A DNA stretch of 64,000 nucleotides from an uncultured Gammaproteobacteria bacterium. Lineage in GTDB: Bacteria > Patescibacteriota > Microgenomatia > CAYXHB01 > CAZYTL01. The notes under the pieces are model-generated. The model saw nothing but the letters and a program-made list of their open reading frames with translations. It was not told the origin of the DNA and searched no databases. The stretch spans positions 89-64,088 of the forward strand of contig CAZYTL010000008.1 in the NCBI GenBank assembly GCA_964650355.1, read 5' to 3'. A program made the translations under genes and the position numbers. Below, one piece after another: positions 47,837-57,877 of the stretch (position 1 is the first letter of the stretch; each line of letters starts with the position of its first letter).

Positions 47837-48499
47837 ATGAAAGCTAAGGGGATAACTCTGGAAAAGAACCAAACTGGTATCATTTGGGACACGGGCAACA
47901 CGATTCAACTTCTGGGAGAAAATTCTCAAGAAATGGTCGATCTTAGAGAGATACACGTACCCAAGGATGCTACACTTGATTATTATTTTATTTGGAACGG
48001 CTCTTCAATTAATCGAAGATTAACTATTCACTTAAATAAAGAAGGGGCAAGCGCTCGGGTGCTGGGGATATTTATCGCTGAGGATAAAAACAAAATCAAT
48101 TTTGACTCAACTATCATCCACCATGCCCCTAATACTTATGGGAATACTTTGGTAAAGGGGGCGTTAACAGATGCCAGTAAATCCAGTTTGAACGGGATGA
48201 TTAAGATTGATAAAGGAGCAGACGGATCAGATGATTTGTTAACAGAAAGAGTGCTGCTGTTGTCCCCCAAGGCTCGGGCCGAAGCTAAGCCAATGTTGGA
48301 AATTGATGCCAATGAAGTAAAGGCTACTCATGCTGCCACTGTCTCGAAGATTAATGAAGAGCAACTTTATTATTTACGCACCAGGGGAATTACCAAACAG
48401 GTGGCCAGCGATCTGATGGTGCAGGGATTCTTGCAGGAGGTGATTGGCCAATTCCCAGAACAGCTTAAAAAGAGTCTTCCCCAAAAGGTGAGTTTTTAA
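47837..48499 (+). CDS. sufD: SufD-family Fe-S assembly protein (short form)
   Basis: LLLS..ARA..P.LEI..NEVKATHAATV, QLYYLRTRGI; directly follows sufB. Confidence 0.88.
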   Translation: MKAKGITLEKNQTGIIWDTGNTIQLLGENSQEMVDLREIHVPKDATLDYYFIWNGSSINRRLTIHLNKEGASARVLGIFIAEDKNKINFDSTIIHHAPNTYGNTLVKGALTDASKSSLNGMIKIDKGADGSDDLLTERVLLLSPKARAEAKPMLEIDANEVKATHAATVSKINEEQLYYLRTRGITKQVASDLMVQGFLQEVIGQFPEQLKKSLPQKVSF

Positions 48500-50289
48500 A
48501 ATAGTTGCATTTGTTGTTTTTTCTTCCGGCGGGCAGCTTTTTGTTTCTGGTATTTTTGAGCAAGTTGGTCTTCCATGACATGCAATAGGGGAGAGGTTAA
48601 AGATTGCAAAAATCTTGATGATTGCGACGGCTGGATTTGATTATGGATGGCTCTTTTGCGAGTAAGAGTGAGATAGAGTTGTTGTTTAGCCCGAGTGATC
48701 CCCACATAGAGCAAACGGCGTTCTTCTTCCAGTTGCTGCTCATCATCTAGGCTCTTGTGATAAGGAAGCAGACCTTCTTCCAGACCAATGATAAATACCA
48801 CTCCGAATTCCAGACCTTTAGCCGCGTGCATGGTAGACAAGGTAACTTTGTTGACTTCAGGCTGATATTCATCCGGGGTCTGCAGCATTTTTAACTGTAA
48901 GAGAAAATCACTCAGGGTGTCTGAAGCCGGCTGGTTGCCGTATTGCAAGGCAATGATTTTTAATCTATCCAATCTATCTTTTTTGGCGCTAGACGATTCC
49001 AGACTGAGTTCCATGATCAGCAAGTCTATCCAAGTATGCAGAGTGGCCTGATCATCTGATTTAAGATCGGTGATCAACTGATATTCTTGAGGTCTTAATA
49101 GCCAACGGTCATCTTCTAGTTCTGGTTGATTAATCAATTCCAAAATTCTGACTATTTGTTCTATTTCTGAGTATTCCAGTAGAGTCTTTTCGCCGATAAC
49201 TTGGTAAGGAATCGTGTCTTTGGCCAGTTGTTTTTCCAAGGATTCCGACAGACTGTGGGTGCGATATAAAATCGCAATATCCCGAAAACCATAATCGTGA
49301 TCCGAGATATTAACTTCGTGATGGATGCTAAAGTCTCCGGCACCGGTGAGTTGCTGAATTTGTTTACTGATCCAATAGGCTTCTGTTAGGTGATCTGTGG
49401 TATTAAGTAATCGGGTTTCCGAAGGTAAGTCATGAACGGCCCTAAGGACGCGGCTGTCTGAAAATAACCTGTCGGACAGATCCAGGATATTTTGTGTTGA
49501 TCGATAATTGGTAGTTAAATTGACGGTTTGAGGTTTATAAAGGCTCTTTAATTGATTAAAGAACTGCGGGGAGGCTCCTCTAAAACCATAAATGGATTGA
49601 TAGGGATCTCCGACAACGAATATTTTTGCATGAGAGATTTTTAACAGGCGGATAATAATTTGAAATTGCAACTGATTTAGGTCCTGAAATTCGTCGACCA
49701 AAATGTACTGGTAATCAAGAGCGGGGGGATTTTGAAGAAAATCCAGAGTTTCTAATAACAAGTCGTCGAAGTCCACTAAGTGATGAGTTTTTAGGTAGTG
49801 CTGATACTGGTCAATGATGGTTTTGAGTTGCTGTCGGTGATCACCATCTATCGGAGAATCGTTCGTCTGCTTCAGAAGGGAAATTTTATCCAGGATATCT
49901 TTGACTTTTTCGCCCTTGGGTTTGAATTCTTTGATGATGCGCTTCTGTTCGGCTTCGGAAATGATTTCTTTGGGATGGTCCTGCCAGTCAGGGTGATGTT
50001 GTTTGAGAAACTGATAACACCACGCGTGAATAGTGCCAATGAACGGTCCCCCTTTCTCTGAAGTTTTCAAGGAGAGACTCTCGTTTAAGCGCGACTTTAA
50101 CTCTTCAGCTGCCTTTTTAGTGAAGGTCAAAGCCATGATCTGCTGAGGAGGAATTTTCTTGTCCTTGAGTAAGTATTTCAGTTTGGCGATTAAAGTGTGA
50201 GTCTTACCCGTACCCGGTCCGGCGATGACAACACAAGATTGATCGGAAGAAACTGCTTGTAATTGTTGGGGATTAAGTTGCTCTTTCAT
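48496..50289 (-). CDS. UvrD/REP-family ATP-dependent helicase (second copy)
   Basis: AGPGTGKT, VDEFQD, GDPYQSIYGFRGA, NYRST, HAAKGLEF, EEERRLLYVGITRA. Confidence 0.92.
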   Translation of the reverse strand: MKEQLNPQQLQAVSSDQSCVVIAGPGTGKTHTLIAKLKYLLKDKKIPPQQIMALTFTKKAAEELKSRLNESLSLKTSEKGGPFIGTIHAWCYQFLKQHHPDWQDHPKEIISEAEQKRIIKEFKPKGEKVKDILDKISLLKQTNDSPIDGDHRQQLKTIIDQYQHYLKTHHLVDFDDLLLETLDFLQNPPALDYQYILVDEFQDLNQLQFQIIIRLLKISHAKIFVVGDPYQSIYGFRGASPQFFNQLKSLYKPQTVNLTTNYRSTQNILDLSDRLFSDSRVLRAVHDLPSETRLLNTTDHLTEAYWISKQIQQLTGAGDFSIHHEVNISDHDYGFRDIAILYRTHSLSESLEKQLAKDTIPYQVIGEKTLLEYSEIEQIVRILELINQPELEDDRWLLRPQEYQLITDLKSDDQATLHTWIDLLIMELSLESSSAKKDRLDRLKIIALQYGNQPASDTLSDFLLQLKMLQTPDEYQPEVNKVTLSTMHAAKGLEFGVVFIIGLEEGLLPYHKSLDDEQQLEEERRLLYVGITRAKQQLYLTLTRKRAIHNQIQPSQSSRFLQSLTSPLLHVMEDQLAQKYQKQKAARRKKKQQMQLF

Positions 50290-50301
50290 TAAACGAAAAA
50301 T

Positions 50302-51432
50302 TTATAAGTCCAGTCCGGGAATTCTTTCCAAACTGTCAATATCTGGCCAAATGTTTCCTCTCTGGGCCATGAACCAGGCGGCCACTCCGATCATGGCAGC
50401 GTTGTCGGTAAACAGTTTTTTAGAGTAGGGGACTGCTAGTTGTAGCCCGAATGGTTTAAGGGTTTGACGAAGCGCTGTCCTTAGGGTCAAATTTGACCCG
50501 ACTCCCCCACCCAACCACATGCCCTGGGGTTGGGATTGGTGGAGGGCCCTTTTGGTTTTCATTACCAAGGATTTGACGATCGCCCGCTGGAAGCTAGCGG
50601 CAAAATCGCATGTGGTTTGGCGCTCCAGATCAGGTAACTTTCCCAGACGCACTTGAGTGGTGGACTCGGCGTGCTGCATGGATTTAAGTTTGTACATAGC
50701 GGCGGTTTTTAGTCCGGAAAAGCTAAAATCCAGGCCCGGTTCCCTACTCATGGGAATAGGGAACTGAAATTTTCTGCTGTCCCCTGCTTTGGCCAGCAAC
50801 TCTATTATTTCACCTCCGGGATAGCCTAGTTTGAGCATGCGGGCTACTTTGTCAAAGGCTTCGCCGGCAGCGTCATCTAAAGTCCTGCCTACTACCTGAT
50901 AATCGCCTTTAAGTAAATTTTTGATTAAGACGAGTTCTGTGTGGCCACCTGAAACCAGCAAAGCTAATATTGGCAAAAAGTCGGTCTTTTGGATATCGAT
51001 GTTCAAAGTTCCTTTACCTTTTGAATTTTGAGCCAAGGGCGATAATAAGTGTCCTTCGAGGTGATTGACAGCAATTAAGGGTTTGCGGTATTGGCGGGCC
51101 AATTGTTTGGCTTTTCTGATGCCCACTTCCAAAGCCGGCGCCAAACCAGGGCCATAGGTAACGGCGATGGCGTCAATTTTCGCAGGGCTAAAATCTCCCT
51201 CTTTGTTTCTTTTATAAGAAGTTTTAGCTCTTTGCAGGGCTTCCTTCACCACCGGATCAATTTTTTCCTGGTGGGCTCTTTTGGCTTCAGTGGGATAAAC
51301 GCCCCCGTATTTGCGATGGATTTCTACTTGGGTAGCCAAGACATTGGCGATTACCCTTCTCTGATGGGTAATCGCTACGGAAGTTTCATCACAGGAGGTA
51401 TCAATGGCCAGAATGGTATTTATCGGCTTCAT
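50302..51432 (-). CDS. tsaD: tRNA N6-threonylcarbamoyltransferase
   Basis: IDTSCDET, GPGL, NHLEGH, VSGGHT, DDAAGEAFDK, FSFSGLKT, TDNAAMIG. Confidence 0.97.
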   Translation of the reverse strand: MKPINTILAIDTSCDETSVAITHQRRVIANVLATQVEIHRKYGGVYPTEAKRAHQEKIDPVVKEALQRAKTSYKRNKEGDFSPAKIDAIAVTYGPGLAPALEVGIRKAKQLARQYRKPLIAVNHLEGHLLSPLAQNSKGKGTLNIDIQKTDFLPILALLVSGGHTELVLIKNLLKGDYQVVGRTLDDAAGEAFDKVARMLKLGYPGGEIIELLAKAGDSRKFQFPIPMSREPGLDFSFSGLKTAAMYKLKSMQHAESTTQVRLGKLPDLERQTTCDFAASFQRAIVKSLVMKTKRALHQSQPQGMWLGGGVGSNLTLRTALRQTLKPFGLQLAVPYSKKLFTDNAAMIGVAAWFMAQRGNIWPDIDSLERIPGLDL

Positions 51433-51441
51433 GCGCGTATT

Positions 51442-52458
51442 TTATCGCTGTTCAACTGTTTCCTCCAGTGTTTGCGTTTGGTTCAGTTTCTGGCCCAGAA
51501 GTCCATATGACTGGTTAACTTCACTCATTTTGGTGTAAGCGTTATTAAGATGTTTGCCTAAGATAGAGAGATGGTCAGAGGTTTTTTGGTAATCACTCTG
51601 AATCGCGTGCAATAAGCGAAAGATTTGTCTGGCTTGGGTTTCAATTTTTTTGCCTTCATATGACAAGAGGATGGTTTGCAGAAGGGCATAAAGGGTTGAA
51701 GGAGAGACCACATAGACTCTGGCTTTTCTGGCATATTCAAGCAGTTGGGGTTCATTAACCACTTCGTAATATACAGGTTCGGAAGGAATATACATGATGG
51801 CAAAGTCCATGGTGCCTTCCTGAGGCAGAATATATTTGCCGGAAATGTCCCGGATGTGTTTGCGCACGTCATTGATGAAAGCTTTTTTAAAGTTGTTTCT
51901 GTCATTTTCGTGTTCGCTGGCAATCATCTGGCGAAAGTTTTCCATGGGGAATTTGGAATCAATGGGCAGGATGCCGGCATCGGTTTTGATAGCGGCATCA
52001 ACCTTTTCACCGGATTTAAATGTATATTGCAGGTGGAAAGAATGTTTGGGAAACATTTGACTAATCAGGTCCTGCAGGACTTCTTCACCAATATTGCCTC
52101 TTAATTTCGGGCTTTTAAGAAATTCCTGCAGATCTTTCATTGACCTACCGATTTCGGACATTTCCCCGATTTGTTTGGAGAGGGAAGACATGTATTTGGC
52201 TGCATTATCCAGCCGCTCATTCATAGCCTGAGAGCTGTGGTGCAGGGTTTTGTGGAAATCCTGACTTTGCGACCGCAGGGCTTCATTAACGGCTTTGTTG
52301 GTAGCATCAATGGTGGCTTGGGTGCTTTTGAGCCATTCCAGGAGGCCCTGTTCAGAGTCTTTTTGTTGCAGTTGGGATAAGCGTTTATTTACCAGCCAAA
52401 TGATGACCGCAAATCCCCCAATCAAAACTGCTAAGATAAGAGATAGGTCTGATGACAT
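51442..52458 (-). CDS. rmuC: DNA recombination protein RmuC family
   Basis: N-terminal TM and coiled coil, KLRGNIGE, IDSKFP, I..KYI.P..GT.DFA.M.IPSE, VVSPSTL. Confidence 0.92.
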   Translation of the reverse strand: MSSDLSLILAVLIGGFAVIIWLVNKRLSQLQQKDSEQGLLEWLKSTQATIDATNKAVNEALRSQSQDFHKTLHHSSQAMNERLDNAAKYMSSLSKQIGEMSEIGRSMKDLQEFLKSPKLRGNIGEEVLQDLISQMFPKHSFHLQYTFKSGEKVDAAIKTDAGILPIDSKFPMENFRQMIASEHENDRNNFKKAFINDVRKHIRDISGKYILPQEGTMDFAIMYIPSEPVYYEVVNEPQLLEYARKARVYVVSPSTLYALLQTILLSYEGKKIETQARQIFRLLHAIQSDYQKTSDHLSILGKHLNNAYTKMSEVNQSYGLLGQKLNQTQTLEETVEQR

Positions 52459-52574
52459 AGATATATTTTACCCTATTTTAAATACCTGTCATTACGAGTC
52501 GTAGACTAAGCAGCTCAGTAGATTAAAGCGTCGGGTATTGCAGAATTAAAAACCAGAATTTAATTCTATCCTCC

Positions 52575-52613
52575 GGGATTGCTTCCCCCGATGTTTATCG
52601 GGGTCGCAATGAC
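52575..52613. repeat. REP-like palindromic element, copy B
   Basis: GGGATTGCTTC-CCCCGATGTTTATCGGGG-TCGCAATGAC hairpin; core matches 38938-38952 in reverse. Confidence 0.55.
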
Positions 52614-52624
52614 AATGTATAACC

Positions 52625-53044
52625 ATGATTCATAGATTAAGAAATTTAGACCATCTGCACCAGAAATCAGGATTAGCGGCTAGTTTTCAAAGGAGCAAGG
52701 ACCGCCTCAAGAAGAATGACTGGCTGGCAAGTAAATTAGGCTCCAGAAAACATTTCTGGAAATTGCTGATTTTGGATTTGGTTTTGTGGTCGATCTTTGC
52801 AGGCGTAGTGTGGCTGTTTTCCCCGGAAGTCCAACTGGGAGTCGGATTATTTTTCAGTTCTTTGTGTTTAGCGATTTTAGTGCTGACCTTTCTGCTCACC
52901 TACCACAAACGCAGAATGATACTAATAACTGTGGCCCTGATGGGTTTGGTAATCTTAAGATTTTATAGACTAGATCAGTGGTTTAATATGGGGATGTTGC
53001 TAGGTCTGGTAGTTACTATTGAGCTACTGTTTGTGGTCGAATAA
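52625..53044 (+). CDS. hypothetical 4-TM membrane protein
   Basis: Four hydrophobic helices; start codon uncertain. Confidence 0.6.
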   Translation: MIHRLRNLDHLHQKSGLAASFQRSKDRLKKNDWLASKLGSRKHFWKLLILDLVLWSIFAGVVWLFSPEVQLGVGLFFSSLCLAILVLTFLLTYHKRRMILITVALMGLVILRFYRLDQWFNMGMLLGLVVTIELLFVVE

Positions 53045-54457
53045 ATTGACCGCATCTGAGATTAAATTCCTAAAACCTCCGGTAGTGAGGAAGAGGAGCA
53101 CATCTCCCGAGTGATGGTTGGCTGTCAGCCACTTCAATATCTGCTTATCAACGGGCAAATATTCGACATGAGGCTGAGTTTTTTGGATGGCGTTGCGAAT
53201 TTTTTTGCCTGTAACCCGATGTTGTTTAGGTTCGCCTTTTTTGAGTTGGCGGATTTTCATCATGGCAATAATTACCTGATCGGCTTTGTCCAAGGTGTGA
53301 GCATAAAATCTCAAGGAGTGGATATCATGAAGCACTGAAGCGTGAGGATCAATGATTGCGATTAACCTGCGATCCGGATATTGGTCTTTCAAGGCTTCCA
53401 CAGCGGCTTGGAATTTTTTAGGATGTTGGCCCTGGTCTTTGTAGATAGTTACTTGTTGGTTGGCAAAAATTAGTTCCAGATGACGTTTGAGGCCTTTGAA
53501 TGTCTGCATGGCCTTCTGAATCGCTTCTGGCTTGACCCCCAGCAATAAGGCCATAGCTATGGCTCCCACGGCGTTTTCCACATTATGCTTGCCCAGCATG
53601 GAAAACTCTACAGGAAATCTTTGGCCACCTTTATTGTTGATAAATTCAAATTTATAGTCCCCTCTCCCCTCTCCTTTCTGAGAAGAAAGTGAGGCGTAGA
53701 AGTCTGCCTGGGGATCAACAAGACTGTAAGTATATACGGGACAGGGGGCATGCTTGGCTAATGGCTGATTGTGTTCTCCTTCTAGTTTCATCAGAAGAAA
53801 TCCGTCTTTGGGCATTTGCTGAATCCGCTTTTTAAATACATTCAAATACTCGGATTCGGTAGGATAGATATTAAAATGATCCCAAAGTGCGGCTGTCAGT
53901 AACAAGTATTTGGGGGTGAAATAAGCAAATTTGGGCAGTTCACTATATCCTAACGTGGGGTGTTCATCTCCGTGGATGATTGAATAGCGGGAATCTGTAT
54001 TGCGGGTGCCGTCAGGAAAGTTCTCTGGGATTTCTCCGATATCAAAGGAAGGATTGCGACCGGCGGTTTCCAGAACCCAGGCTAATAGAGTGCAGGTGGT
54101 GGTTTTGCCATAGGTGCCGATGACTAAAATAGACTCAGGTTTTTCCAGATATTCATGAAATACTTCCGGATAGGATTTGACTGTCAATCCTAACTTTTTG
54201 GCTTGATCCACTTCAGGATTTTGTTTGGTGATATGAAAGGTATTACCTCCGACTACGACTAAATCAAGATCAGGAGTGATGTGTTCTGCCTGATAAGAAT
54301 CAAAGTAAGGGATATGGTTGTCATCAAGGTAATCAGTTATCGGAGGATAAGCCCCCTGGTCCGCTCCGCTTACCTCCCAGCCCAAATCCTTGAACATTTT
54401 GGCCAAAGGAGCCATGGTACGGCCGCAGATGCCAATGATATAGATTTTCTTCTTCAT
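53024..54457 (-). CDS. Mur ligase, Mpl/MurC-like
   Basis: IYIIGICGRTMAPLA, VSGAD, GTYGKTTT, WDHFNIY, GKHNVENA, F.GLKR.LE, D..QHP. Confidence 0.85.
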   Translation of the reverse strand: MKKKIYIIGICGRTMAPLAKMFKDLGWEVSGADQGAYPPITDYLDDNHIPYFDSYQAEHITPDLDLVVVGGNTFHITKQNPEVDQAKKLGLTVKSYPEVFHEYLEKPESILVIGTYGKTTTCTLLAWVLETAGRNPSFDIGEIPENFPDGTRNTDSRYSIIHGDEHPTLGYSELPKFAYFTPKYLLLTAALWDHFNIYPTESEYLNVFKKRIQQMPKDGFLLMKLEGEHNQPLAKHAPCPVYTYSLVDPQADFYASLSSQKGEGRGDYKFEFINNKGGQRFPVEFSMLGKHNVENAVGAIAMALLLGVKPEAIQKAMQTFKGLKRHLELIFANQQVTIYKDQGQHPKKFQAAVEALKDQYPDRRLIAIIDPHASVLHDIHSLRFYAHTLDKADQVIIAMMKIRQLKKGEPKQHRVTGKKIRNAIQKTQPHVEYLPVDKQILKWLTANHHSGDVLLFLTTGGFRNLISDAVNLFDHKQ

Positions 54458-54465
54458 AACCCGCT

Positions 54466-55257
54466 TTATTTAAAACCCACTCGGACGCCATGATCGGTCA
54501 TTAACTGCTCAAGTTTTTGCTCCAGATACTGTTGTTTATATTCCTGGTCGTGAAGAAGGTAAGTCGAAGACTTTTTATTGATGAGATATTTCAATTCGTC
54601 TAAGTTATCAGACCACTTCCAGCCGTTGAAGAATTCAAATCCGGAAAATTGGGTCTTGTATAAAGCGCTTTTGGTATAGCAGGTGCCCAGATAAGCAAAC
54701 TGTTTATGTTGTTCCTGCGACCAAATAACAGACTTGAGCATCATGCCCATACCTAAATTGGGATTATCATACTTTAAATCATAAAAGGGATGAGCGTAAT
54801 GAAGAAAATGATCATGCACCACCACAGATGCATAACCGATTGGCTTGTTATCTTGCTGATCAGAGAAAGTAACTACGTGAGTGGTATTAGCTTGAGTAAA
54901 CATTTTACGGATGGCAGCGGTGGGCATCACTCCCCTACCAAACGTCTGATCGGCAAATCGTTTGCACAGTTTTTGAATGGCAGGAGTGTAACTAAACTGA
55001 GCAGCTGGTTGCACAGAGAAAGTAAGTTGTTCGGTTTTTCTTAAGATGCGCCGATTTTCAGAAGAAAGTTTAAATTGGGTCAGCCGCACTCTGGTGCTGC
55101 GGGCCAGGTAGAAGATGTCCTTTTTACTGCGGAAAGGTAAAAATCCACTGTAGTAGATTTGGGACAAATTGTCTTTTTTCTCCCGCACTAGCCAGACTTG
55201 GTAAGGAAATTGATAATGGTTATAGTCGGCGGGATATTCGCCAAAGATTAAACGCAT
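54466..55257 (-). CDS. ATE/Bpt-like aminoacyl-tRNA transferase (GNAT fold)
   Basis: YLARS.RV.L..F.LS.ENRRILRK, FYD....LG..M, YLG.CY..SALYKTQF resemble the ATE_C domain. Confidence 0.65.
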   Translation of the reverse strand: MRLIFGEYPADYNHYQFPYQVWLVREKKDNLSQIYYSGFLPFRSKKDIFYLARSTRVRLTQFKLSSENRRILRKTEQLTFSVQPAAQFSYTPAIQKLCKRFADQTFGRGVMPTAAIRKMFTQANTTHVVTFSDQQDNKPIGYASVVVHDHFLHYAHPFYDLKYDNPNLGMGMMLKSVIWSQEQHKQFAYLGTCYTKSALYKTQFSGFEFFNGWKWSDNLDELKYLINKKSSTYLLHDQEYKQQYLEQKLEQLMTDHGVRVGFK

Positions 55258-55359
55258 ATTAGGTAGATTATACGATAACTTATAACTTGACGGGGTTCAG
55301 ATTTTTATGACTTTGCTTAACCATTCCGATCGGGTAGGGGAGAGTAACGCCCCAGATGA

Positions 55360-56157
55360 TTATTTTCTAAATATCTTTTGCCCGGTCCAGAGAACAAAGT
55401 GGATTAAGTAGTATTTGAATAGCCCATGGTAGCGCTGGCTGCTGGGAATGAGGCGTTTCCATTGGTCTTTTTTTTCTACCAATTGTTTACCGCTGCCCCC
55501 CAGGTGGTGAATGACTTGAATATTAGGCAGGTAATAAACCTTTAACCCTGCTTGTTTTAATCGGCGGCAATAATCCAGATCTTCGAAGTAAAAATAGTAC
55601 TTCTCGGCAAGTAAACCGATGCGGTCTAATGTGGTTCTGGGGATAAGCATGGCGGCCATGACTGCGGCCTCGACCGTTTGTGTAGAGGATGTTTGAGGAA
55701 CATAACCGCCAAAGAATTTACCTTGTCCAAGCCAGTATTGTTTGACTGCCCGGGTCAAAGTAGGCAAATAAAACACTGACGCCTGGACTGAATGGTCACT
55801 ATTCAAGAGTTGGGGAACTACTACGCCTACTTTGTTTAAGCCCTTGGCGGCCTTGACTAATTTGTCCAATGTATGTCTGGCAATGAATTCAGTATCCGAG
55901 TTTAACAGCAGGACAAACTCTCCTTTGGCTTGTTTAATGCCCTGATTGTTGGCTTTGGCAAATCCCGCATTATCCTGGTTGGCGATCAACTTAACAAAGG
56001 AGAAGTGCTTTTTGATCATTTCAACAGAGCCGTCTTGGGAATGATTATCCACTACAATAATTTCGTGTTTATTTAAGTCTTCATGGTCTTTAATTGATTG
56101 AAGACATTTTTGAGTCAATTTTTTGGTATTAAAACTGACAATGATGACGGAAACCAT
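55360..56157 (-). CDS. glycosyltransferase family 2
   Basis: VSVIIVSFNT, VVDNHSQDGS, GFAKANNQG, LLLNSD, FEDLDYC. Confidence 0.93.
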   Translation of the reverse strand: MVSVIIVSFNTKKLTQKCLQSIKDHEDLNKHEIIVVDNHSQDGSVEMIKKHFSFVKLIANQDNAGFAKANNQGIKQAKGEFVLLLNSDTEFIARHTLDKLVKAAKGLNKVGVVVPQLLNSDHSVQASVFYLPTLTRAVKQYWLGQGKFFGGYVPQTSSTQTVEAAVMAAMLIPRTTLDRIGLLAEKYYFYFEDLDYCRRLKQAGLKVYYLPNIQVIHHLGGSGKQLVEKKDQWKRLIPSSQRYHGLFKYYLIHFVLWTGQKIFRK

Positions 56158-56169
56158 AGGTGGGGGTTT

Positions 56170-57039
56170 TTAATTTAAGTTCACCAGTCCCCTATCCGCG
56201 ATAGGGGAGTGGCCCAATTTTTGTCGGCTGCTAATCAACATTGGGAGACGCATAAGTGCCAAGATCACAATTCTTAGATAGCCGGGATGATTGATGACTC
56301 TTTTCAATAACCCGCGACAATGGCTAATTAACAGTCCCCTATCTTGAAGATTCTTCCAGTTGAATAGCAAATGGTTGCGTTCCTGCAGTCGGCTTTTATA
56401 TGTCTGATCGAAATGCTCTCCGCCAAAACTTTGTTCTCGTTCATGATAGACTTTAGCCCGGGGATCCCAGAGTACTTTCCAGCCCCTTTTTTGCGCTCGG
56501 TAGCCGATGTCTAAATCCTCCCAATAGCCAGGATCATAAATGGGATCAAAACCGCCTAACTGATCCCAATATTTTTTGCGAAAGGATCCTGTGCCACCAC
56601 TAACCCAGAAAGACAAGGTAACTTTCTGAGGTCTGGGTTTGATAGGTTGGTGGACGATAAAGCCGTCTTGAAAGGCTCCTTTAGTAGGACCGAAATGCTG
56701 TTCTGCTAAGGATACTCCAAACACTTGAGGATCCCTGAAATCCTCTTTTAGAAATTTAAGGATGTCAGGTTGAGGTTTGACGTCCTGATTAAGCAAAACT
56801 ACTACCTCTCCCCTAGCCTGTTGAAATCCCTTGTTAACGTTGCTACCAAAACCCAGATTGGTTTTGTTTCTGTAAACTTTTACTGAAGGGAAGTGCTGTT
56901 TCACGAACTCTGCGTCGTTTTCCGGTGAGGCGTCATCACCCACGATCACCTCGTCGGCGCCCATTTTAAGTACTGCAGGCAGATTTTTCTTAAGTTGTTC
57001 GATTCCCCTCCAGGCGGGAATAACCACAGAAAAAGTCAT
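56170..57039 (-). CDS. glycosyltransferase family 2
   Basis: SVVIP, GDDAS, NLGFG..VN.G, LLNQD, GGFD..Y.PGYWEDLD. Confidence 0.93.
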   Translation of the reverse strand: MTFSVVIPAWRGIEQLKKNLPAVLKMGADEVIVGDDASPENDAEFVKQHFPSVKVYRNKTNLGFGSNVNKGFQQARGEVVVLLNQDVKPQPDILKFLKEDFRDPQVFGVSLAEQHFGPTKGAFQDGFIVHQPIKPRPQKVTLSFWVSGGTGSFRKKYWDQLGGFDPIYDPGYWEDLDIGYRAQKRGWKVLWDPRAKVYHEREQSFGGEHFDQTYKSRLQERNHLLFNWKNLQDRGLLISHCRGLLKRVINHPGYLRIVILALMRLPMLISSRQKLGHSPIADRGLVNLN

Positions 57040-57048
57040 GGTCAAATT

Positions 57049-57870
57049 TTAGTTTGTATTTAATTCTACCCCCATTCTCATCTTAACAAATTCATTGAAA
57101 ATTAATTTGATGCCGGATTCGTTTTGATACCAACTTTCTTGCCTTAATTCAGGCGATTGTATGGGAGCATTGACCCGGTATAAAGGAATTGGTTCAGGAA
57201 GATATTTCATCATGTGGGACCAGGCCCGGCGTTGACCAAACCAGGCGGTGATCTGAATAATGCCTTGTTGATAATTAACTCCTAATTTATCCATTAAGTT
57301 AAGACTTCTGCGCACGTTATCCGCATATGAGATGGCCTCTGGCTCTAAAATTATTTTGTCTTCCGGAACTCCCAGCTGAATGGCATGGTTTTTAAAGATG
57401 ACGGCTTCGGGTTCTGATTCCTGATAAAGAGGACTTCTTCCAGTGATTAAGATCCGTGAAGCCAGCTTTTGTTTCCATAACTCAACGGCTTTTTCTATCC
57501 GGGAAAGATTTTTGCTCCCATAGACAAATATCAAATCAGAAGGTTGGGGTTGATCTTCTTCTCCTAGATATTGGGAAATTTCAGCACAGAGTTTGGTTAA
57601 GGTCGGGTGGGATTTTTTAATTAGACTTAAGGTTCTGGTTACAACTTCAGGTTTGATCCGTTCTCCCACGGAGACGATCTGTTGCCAGTTGTCTGAATTA
57701 GTTACAAAGGAAGAGTTTACATCAAGGATATTTAACCAATCTATTAATAAACCGAATTCAGGATAATGAATCTGTTCCTTTCCCTGGGCTAAAGGTCTTT
57801 GAGCTTCTTTTTGTAAAAGTTGATATACTTCTGAAACAGAAGGCAATTGTTGGGGTTTTATTCTAGACAT
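57049..57870 (-). CDS. YdcF/ElyC/SanA (DUF218) family protein
   Basis: DLIFVYG, RIEKA.ELW, LITG, EA..F...A..LGVP..I.LE..A.S..DN. Confidence 0.85.
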   Translation of the reverse strand: MSRIKPQQLPSVSEVYQLLQKEAQRPLAQGKEQIHYPEFGLLIDWLNILDVNSSFVTNSDNWQQIVSVGERIKPEVVTRTLSLIKKSHPTLTKLCAEISQYLGEEDQPQPSDLIFVYGSKNLSRIEKAVELWKQKLASRILITGRSPLYQESEPEAVIFKNHAIQLGVPEDKIILEPEAISYADNVRRSLNLMDKLGVNYQQGIIQITAWFGQRRAWSHMMKYLPEPIPLYRVNAPIQSPELRQESWYQNESGIKLIFNEFVKMRMGVELNTN

Positions 57871-57877
57871 TTAATCT

